The position numbers were made by a program, and so were the translations under genes. From a virus (Duplodnaviria; Caudoviricetes), in the IMG/VR virus record IMGVR_UViG_2848005981_000005, positions 994 to 64,993 of that record: 64,000 nt of DNA. One strand, written 5' to 3'. Below, piece after piece: positions 57,955 through 64,000 of the stretch (position 1 is its first letter; every line of letters begins with the position of its first letter). The notes under the pieces are model-generated. The model was not told the origin of the DNA. It did no database searches and was given only the letters and a program-made list of their open reading frames with translations.

Positions 57955-59346
57955 CTATTCCATTACAGATAAATCATCGTCAACTTCATACTGATTGCAG
58001 CCAAAAGCCGCACACATTAAAATAAAACGTTCTTTTATACCTAATCCAGTATATCTGTCTACAGCTCCGCTGCCTTTTGCATGAAGTCCTGCTGCGTATT
58101 TATCTATCTGAACTTTATTCATTAAATCTACATGAGTTTTACGGGCAAGTTTACTGCTTGCAATCTCATATATGGATTTGTACTCATTTGTTCCCAATGC
58201 CGCACTAAACATTGCCACTTTCCGGCTAATCTCACAGTATTCAAGTAGTTTTTTTATTTGATAATTGTACCCGGTTTCACCATTGCCATCAGGATAATAG
58301 GGTAACAAAGCATTGCTTGGTAGCCTACCTTTATACTTCATAATAATATCATAAGCAATACGAATGATGGGAGTTTTTATCTCAGTGCGTATAAGTCCAT
58401 CCTTGTGCGTTTTTTGAGGTAAATAATGAATGTAAGGTATTCCTTCTTCAATGCTGATATTATCAAAAGTGAATCGTCTGAAATCACCTATACGGCAACC
58501 GAAACAACATTGAACAACGAATACATCTTTTACTCGCTGCAATGTTTCGGGACATTCTTTGTGGATAACTTCATTGAATTCTGTTTTGGTGAGAAAGAAA
58601 GGCTCGTCATATTGTTGCTTCATAATGGACTCTTTTTCTTTTCCTATCTTCCGGAAAGGAGATACGGGAATAACATCATTACTTTCAAGCTCCACCATAA
58701 ATGCTTGTAATAATAATAGTTTCTCAGCAATTGTATTCTGGCTTCTTTCCTTTGATGGTATATTCCGCTTATTCATTTCTGCGTACAGTTCTGGAAATTT
58801 TTCAACCAGAGTGTATTCTCTGCGTAGAAAATCACGAAAATTTAGAATATGTTCCTTATTGAATTCATTGACCGGCAACCCGTCAATGCCATTGATAATG
58901 AGGAATCGAGTCAGTTCCCTTATCACTACATCGTAATGTTTCTTTCTGCCGGGACCTATTACACCTGCATTTAGCCATCCGTCAACATAGCGTTGGAACA
59001 TACTACACATGGATTCCTCTTCACTGCTGATGTTATATTTTTCAGGATGTAAGTGCTGGTCTATTAAGATTTCCAGTTTTTCACTGGTTAATTCTTTGTT
59101 GCTCCCATAAATGGATAAAATTAGATTCTTCCGTTCTTCAATAGATGTGTTAAATGATGTTCTTATGTCTAACTTTATAATACTTTTAGCCTTATATTTT
59201 TCAGTCTTGGCATCCCAAAGAGTAGGAGAGACCATAATATCTGATTTGTGGAATAACTGCACATTGCGTCCATCAGATAATCGAAATCTGACATTTACTT
59301 CTTTATCTCTCTTCCCTGTTCTTATAAATGCTTTTACTGTAGTCAT
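57955..59346 (-). CDS. int: Tyrosine integrase
   Basis: Arm-binding N-terminus; GCRIGD, PQKT, KLARKT (HxxR variant), GLH, DRY. Confidence 0.9.
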   Translation of the reverse strand: MTTVKAFIRTGKRDKEVNVRFRLSDGRNVQLFHKSDIMVSPTLWDAKTEKYKAKSIIKLDIRTSFNTSIEERKNLILSIYGSNKELTSEKLEILIDQHLHPEKYNISSEEESMCSMFQRYVDGWLNAGVIGPGRKKHYDVVIRELTRFLIINGIDGLPVNEFNKEHILNFRDFLRREYTLVEKFPELYAEMNKRNIPSKERSQNTIAEKLLLLQAFMVELESNDVIPVSPFRKIGKEKESIMKQQYDEPFFLTKTEFNEVIHKECPETLQRVKDVFVVQCCFGCRIGDFRRFTFDNISIEEGIPYIHYLPQKTHKDGLIRTEIKTPIIRIAYDIIMKYKGRLPSNALLPYYPDGNGETGYNYQIKKLLEYCEISRKVAMFSAALGTNEYKSIYEIASSKLARKTHVDLMNKVQIDKYAAGLHAKGSGAVDRYTGLGIKERFILMCAAFGCNQYEVDDDLSVME

Positions 59347-59501
59347 ATATTCTCTGTTATATCGGTTGTGCAAATATACATAAATTGCACAACTCAGTTC
59401 AAATATTGCACAACATAATGCAATGGCATGCAATATAATATTTTTATATTACTCTGATTTTTAATGTAATGTTATATGTATTGGTTTTATAGTATTTTAT
59501 A

Positions 59502-59523
59502 TTCCGAATCGCAACGGAATCAC
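59502..59523 (+). other. Putative att site resembling a tRNA 3' end
   Basis: TTCCGAATCGCAACGGAATCAC looks like a T-loop and acceptor remnant, followed by a terminator-like hairpin. tRNA-Arg identity is recalled, not verified. Confidence 0.55.
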
Positions 59524-59843
59524 AACGAAAAACCGCAAATAGCTAATAAAAAGCTTTTGCGGTTTTCTTGTTTTAGAATTAGAAAATGTCCGCATAGGTT
59601 GTAATGGGAAACAAATTGGAGTATTTGGTTTACATTGCAGGCAAGATTTATTTGCGATACCTGGAGAAAAAATTATCAATCCAACGGACTAGATATACTA
59701 TAATAACTCCGGCTATGACCATACTGATAATACGTACCAACATAATTTATAGAATTAAAGATTTGTTTTTATAGAATAATAATGTGCAAAGATAATTGAT
59801 TGGTGGAGAAACAAAAACTCTGGAAAGGATATAAAGATAGGAG

Positions 59844-60560
59844 TTAACGCATATTTTCACGGATATAATCCTCTATTGTAAAATCACTCTTATATCTAGA
59901 TATTTCCGGATTCTTCTCTACAGTCGTAATGCAACGTTTTTCTTTACCAAGTACCAACCGGTTTAGGAAGCTCAGGATGTCACGACGATTATCCTTCATA
60001 GGAGAATAGGATAGGGAATGTCCTATACCTTCCGCTATATAGAAATAGTATGCTGTCTCTTTTTCTTTCAGTTGCATACAGATAAAGTTTGAGCCCCATA
60101 GCCCCATTTCCTCTTCTATTACTGCCTTAGTAAAAGGAACCGTGCTGTCGGCATCACCATAGAACAACATAAGAGGACAAGGGGACATTATCCATTTTGG
60201 AATACCATTGGCACAGATTGCTCCAGAAAAGGAAATGACCCCTGCATAATTGAAATTGGCAGGTAATCTGTCCGCAAAGGCCGTTTGATTGCAAATCTCA
60301 TACTCTGCTTGAAGGGCAGTTATCGCACCTGCACTTGAACCGCAAGCTATAATTTGTGCAGGATTTATTTGCCATTCTACACTATGCTCAATTATATGAT
60401 TTGTAGCATCACCAAAATCTTCTACAGCACAAGTGATTGCTTGTTGCAGGGCAGAAGAGAATCCTTGCAAGTCCGAATACTCCGATTTATCTATATCCTT
60501 TAATTGGGTGCGGTAATCTGTTGATACTACCACATAACCGGCTCGTGCAAAAAAATGAAC
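59844..60560 (-). pseudogene. 5'-truncated alpha/beta-hydrolase (esterase)
   Basis: GSSAG nucleophile elbow, GDADSTVP, GH. Frame begins abruptly at FFARAGYVVVSTDYR. Confidence 0.72.
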
Positions 60561-60675
60561 CCAATTATATACTTTAGGTAACTATATACCACTTTGCACT
60601 AAACATTAATTAAAAATATTAACAATATGTGCATCAGACATTTAAACTGATGCACAATGTGTTTTTAAAATAGAA

Positions 60676-61446
60676 TTAATTACTAATAGTTGATTTTATT
60701 GGTAATAATGAATAATAAATCTCTTTACTATTCTTATCTATAATATAAATATTTGAACAAATACCTTGGATAACCAATGTTCTAATATTGAATATAGCAG
60801 CTTGACGAGAATTCCACTTACCATTATAATATTTGAATTCTATTACTAAAGCCATATTATCCCTATTTGTTTCAATAGGAAAGGCTTGGCTTTCTGTCAT
60901 AGGTAATTTTAAAGTATTGTAATAATAATATCTATCTGAATGCTTACGCTCTTTCCAATATTGTTTAACAGAAGAAGGACATTTGAAAACAAGTTGTTCA
61001 ATATTCATATACCCTTGAATGGGATAAAAATCATCCCAATCCATTTGATAGGAAAGGTCAAAGGTTTTTGTTTCTAAATTATATTCTTTTCCGTAACCTG
61101 CGTATCTAAAAGGAAATACATAATACATACTTGAATTCATTATATCTTTCTTTTTCGCATTCAATTTATTTAAAAGGTCTTTTCCCTCTGGAGTTGTCTT
61201 AAACATTTTACGTTTTAATTCAGTATCATAATCTCTCAAATCATAATATTCACAAATATCTAAATTATAAATATCAAATAAATTATCTATACGCATTCCT
61301 TCCAATTTTCCCTTAAGTTTTATACCATCATAATTTTTCTCTAAAATAGAAGACAATGAATCTAATTTTAGAGTTTTCCCAGTTTGAGATGCTATCTCAA
61401 TTATTGGTAAAACGACAAACAAAATCAATAATACAAACTTTTTCAT
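60676..61446 (-). CDS. Secreted hypothetical protein
   Basis: Signal peptide MKKFVLLILFVVLPII. Confidence 0.7.
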   Translation of the reverse strand: MKKFVLLILFVVLPIIEIASQTGKTLKLDSLSSILEKNYDGIKLKGKLEGMRIDNLFDIYNLDICEYYDLRDYDTELKRKMFKTTPEGKDLLNKLNAKKKDIMNSSMYYVFPFRYAGYGKEYNLETKTFDLSYQMDWDDFYPIQGYMNIEQLVFKCPSSVKQYWKERKHSDRYYYYNTLKLPMTESQAFPIETNRDNMALVIEFKYYNGKWNSRQAAIFNIRTLVIQGICSNIYIIDKNSKEIYYSLLPIKSTISN

Positions 61447-61730
61447 AACTATTCGTATTTCTGCCTTCACGTGACCTATAAAGGCTGTACCTAAAAGGAA
61501 GTGGGTCACAGTCCACAACTTCGTAAGGTATCGCCAGAAACCTATGCACACGCAGACAAGCAACCCACTTGGTACAGTGAGGGCTTGTGCCTTGTGTGCG
61601 TGTTAAAACTGGCGATTTTAACGAAGTAAGGCACTCCCGAATATTTTCTCTAAAACATTTGTTCTATAGAACATTTGCAAATATAGTGATATTTGCTACA
61701 TTTGCAATGTCAAACAAATAAGAAAATATT

Positions 61731-61973
61731 ATGGAAATTTCAGAAAACACTAAAAATCCTTATTCAGGTGGAGAATGGGTATACTTGGAATCTGACAAAT
61801 CTGTTATGGTTAAAATCTCAATCTCAAATCCTAATGGCATGTTAGAATATTACCTTAAAGACAATCCCCATAGACAATTTATACATTATTCAAAAGTTAA
61901 ACCTATTACAGACTATAATCTAATCAGTGAATTAGAAAAGAATTATAGTGGAGAAACTGGGTTGTTAGGATAA
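61731..61973 (+). CDS. Hypothetical protein
   Basis: TACATTTG promoter upstream. Confidence 0.55.
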   Translation: MEISENTKNPYSGGEWVYLESDKSVMVKISISNPNGMLEYYLKDNPHRQFIHYSKVKPITDYNLISELEKNYSGETGLLG

Positions 61974-62203
61974 ATTATAAGTTCGTTCTTATCATAAGAA
62001 CAGTCCTCCGGCGGAAAATAAATTGGATGAATCACATAAATCGATAATTCTTCGTTCACTCCGTTATTCTGCTCGCTATATGCAAGTAAGACTTCGGGTG
62101 CGTCAAAAGGTTTGTCAAGTTCCTTTGAAATTTTATGAAGGTTTGCAAGCAATTTACCGACCTCATAACCGTTTATCATTTTCTTTTTTAAATCCACTCT
62201 CAT
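61943..62203 (-). CDS. Hypothetical protein
   Basis: ORF with an AT-rich start region. Confidence 0.45.
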   Translation of the reverse strand: MRVDLKKKMINGYEVGKLLANLHKISKELDKPFDAPEVLLAYSEQNNGVNEELSIYVIHPIYFPPEDCSYDKNELIIYPNNPVSPL

Positions 62204-62226
62204 AAATAATTGATTTTAAATAGTTT

Positions 62227-62397
62227 ATGAAAAATAAATGCAAACATGAATGGGTAAAAACATCCTCCGGCTATACATGCCAAAAATGTTCAGCCATTAT
62301 CTTAACTAAAGATGTTATACCCGTATTAGGAGTAATATTAGATAGTTCAGAAGAACTTCAAGAAGAAACAGACAAAGAAGAGAATCAATCCAAATAA
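62227..62397 (+). CDS. Small Zn-ribbon-like protein (56 aa)
   Basis: MKNKCKHEW...YTCQKC with an acidic tail; below the track cutoff. Confidence 0.45.
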   Translation: MKNKCKHEWVKTSSGYTCQKCSAIILTKDVIPVLGVILDSSEELQEETDKEENQSK

Positions 62398-62690
62398 AGG
62401 TCTTTTTCCTTAACAGACTGCTCTAATTCCAAGTCTTTTTCTGTAGGGTGAAGAATCCTTTGTACTAATATTTGTGCATTGTCCGGCTTTTCTCCAATTC
62501 CTACAAGTCTTTTATAAAGCATTTCATCAGACCAAGAATTTTGCCTAAAAATATCTCTTACCTCAGAAGGTGTAAGTAAATTCTTTTCTTTCTTCTTCTT
62601 TCTTATATCCTTCTTCTTGTAATTATATCGCATTGCAAAACTCATAAAGTTTTCAAATTCTTCTCCTATCGTCATTTCCTTTTTACTCAT
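62385..62690 (-). CDS. Hypothetical protein
   Basis: Overlaps the transposase stop codon. Confidence 0.6.
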   Translation of the reverse strand: MSKKEMTIGEEFENFMSFAMRYNYKKKDIRKKKKEKNLLTPSEVRDIFRQNSWSDEMLYKRLVGIGEKPDNAQILVQRILHPTEKDLELEQSVKEKDLYLD

Positions 62691-63604
62691 GCTGTCAATT
62701 TCTTATATGTAATACGGTAATTCATATTACAAAGTAACAAATTAAATCTTGAATTCTCGCTGATTTTTCGTGTATTATAGCGGAACACAAATTCATTAAC
62801 ATATCTTTGAAGATGCTTAGAACTCATATAGTGGTATATTCCTACATATCCTCTTTTTAATAAAGTCCAAAAACCCTCAATGGTATTAGTGTTGATTCTT
62901 CCGTACCCATATTGTTTCTTGCTGTGGTCTATGGAATAGTGATAATACATTTTGTCTATCTCATTATATCCGTACCATTCATCAGTGTACAATATAGCGT
63001 TTCTATCAACAAACTCCAATATTTTAGGAGTAAGTTCCTCTTTGGACGTGTTTTTGATAACTATCCCGATAACCTTTCCTTTTCTTTCTACCATTCCAAG
63101 AACCGGGGTCTTATCCTTGAATGAACGTCCCTGGCAAGCCTTAACTTTCTTGTCGTTGTGTCTATTCTTGTTCTTTCCTCCGACAAAGGTTTCATCGGCT
63201 TCTACTTCATTATGCAATTTCCCTTGATTTTCACATGCCAAACATATTCTTATCCGTTGTAACACATACCAGGCTGTTTTCTGAGTAACTTTAATGTCTC
63301 TCGCCAACTGTAAAGATGATATTCCTTTCTTGTTTGAAAGAACCATCCATACAGCCATAAACCATTTTCGCAATGACATTTTCGTATTCTCAAAAATGGT
63401 TCCCGTTTTTACATTAAACCTTCTCCCGGTGTCCTTACATAAATATGTATTATTTCCACATACATACACTTTAGAGCCAGGGCTAAAAGGAGATTCCACC
63501 TTTTCACCCCATCGCACTTTCTTTAAATATTCGATACAAGACTGTTCAGTAGGAAATGCTTCTAACAGTTCAAACAATGAATTAAACGAATTGAATCCTA
63601 TCAT
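62687..63604 (-). CDS. IS1595-family (ISXO2-like) DDE transposase
   Basis: GISSLQLAR, VEADETFVGG, YTDEW, NTIEGFW, YVNEFVFRYN. Confidence 0.93.
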   Translation of the reverse strand: MIGFNSFNSLFELLEAFPTEQSCIEYLKKVRWGEKVESPFSPGSKVYVCGNNTYLCKDTGRRFNVKTGTIFENTKMSLRKWFMAVWMVLSNKKGISSLQLARDIKVTQKTAWYVLQRIRICLACENQGKLHNEVEADETFVGGKNKNRHNDKKVKACQGRSFKDKTPVLGMVERKGKVIGIVIKNTSKEELTPKILEFVDRNAILYTDEWYGYNEIDKMYYHYSIDHSKKQYGYGRINTNTIEGFWTLLKRGYVGIYHYMSSKHLQRYVNEFVFRYNTRKISENSRFNLLLCNMNYRITYKKLTA

Positions 63605-63676
63605 AATATATTCCTCCTTTTACATCTAAATATACGAATATTTTTTCACAAATCCAACTAAAATAGTATATTTTTC

Positions 63677-64000
63677 TTATAAATATTCTGTTTTACCAGA
63701 TTTAATCAACCAAAAATAATCATCACCACCAAATTTAAAATTTTTTACAGAACGTCCTCGTAGCTTTTCTTCAAAAGATTGTGGGTTTAATTCCGACGGT
63801 AAAATAGGCAGGTTAACCGATATATCTGTAATATCAATCGCATTGTAAGCTTCATTAAAAGGGTTGTCCCTTGTCTTTGTTGAAAACCCACTTACTACAT
63901 AAGCTTTAAATTCGCCTAAAAACTTCATCGCTAAAACTTGCTTATGGGTCTTTTCTACTATTACCCATAAATTTTTGATACTTTCCTCGTTCATTTCCAT
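63677..64000 (-). CDS. Hypothetical protein (may extend beyond the window)
   Basis: ORF at the window edge. Confidence 0.5.
   Translation of the reverse strand: MEMNEESIKNLWVIVEKTHKQVLAMKFLGEFKAYVVSGFSTKTRDNPFNEAYNAIDITDISVNLPILPSELNPQSFEEKLRGRSVKNFKFGGDDYFWLIKSGKTEYL

Larger units (their letters stand above)
1..59523. mobile_element. Temperate siphovirus-type prophage (Bacteroides-like); left end outside window
   Basis: Canonical order: repressor, recombination, replication, terminase, portal, capsid, tail, lysis, integrase. Bacteroidota TAnnTTTG promoters. tRNA-3'-like att next to the integrase. Confidence 0.93.
60560..64000. mobile_element. IS1595-family element with passenger genes (ends approximate; right end not seen)
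   Basis: IS1595 transposase plus AT-rich genes abutting the truncated esterase. Confidence 0.55.

Noticed and set aside
1-59523. Genome-wide stop-codon reassignment
   Set aside because: Long genes are intact in the standard code, and both TAG and TGA end many tightly coupled genes. In-frame TGAs are isolated cases.

Overview
The window holds most of an apparently complete Bacteroides-type siphoviral prophage (about 1-59,520; its left end lies outside the window). Gene order: CI-like repressor, early, recombination and replication genes, two DNA methyltransferases, terminase, portal, capsid and tail genes, a serine-invertase shufflon, a lysis cassette, morons, a tyrosine integrase and a putative tRNA-derived att site. 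A truncated esterase gene and an IS1595-family element with passenger genes follow. The standout observation is a possible orthogonal translation-initiation system. A phage tRNA at 22893-22964 has an initiator (fMet-type) acceptor stem but a GAC (Val) anticodon. Four Arg-rich small ORFs (23417, 24280, 25248, 35823), missed or truncated in the ORF track, have no canonical start at their shared N-terminus. All four begin at GTC/GTT in the context AAAGCNGA-GTY-R, which is complementary to that tRNA's unusual anticodon arm. Three of them are interleaved with ASCH, PP-loop and ParB-like genes just upstream of the terminase, under a promoter architecture shared with the late structural operons. Also noted: three degenerate tRNA-like RNAs, likely UGA readthrough of the major tail protein, a Tad2-like fusion and a three-cassette shufflon. 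All calls come from reading the sequence by eye; no database searches were run.
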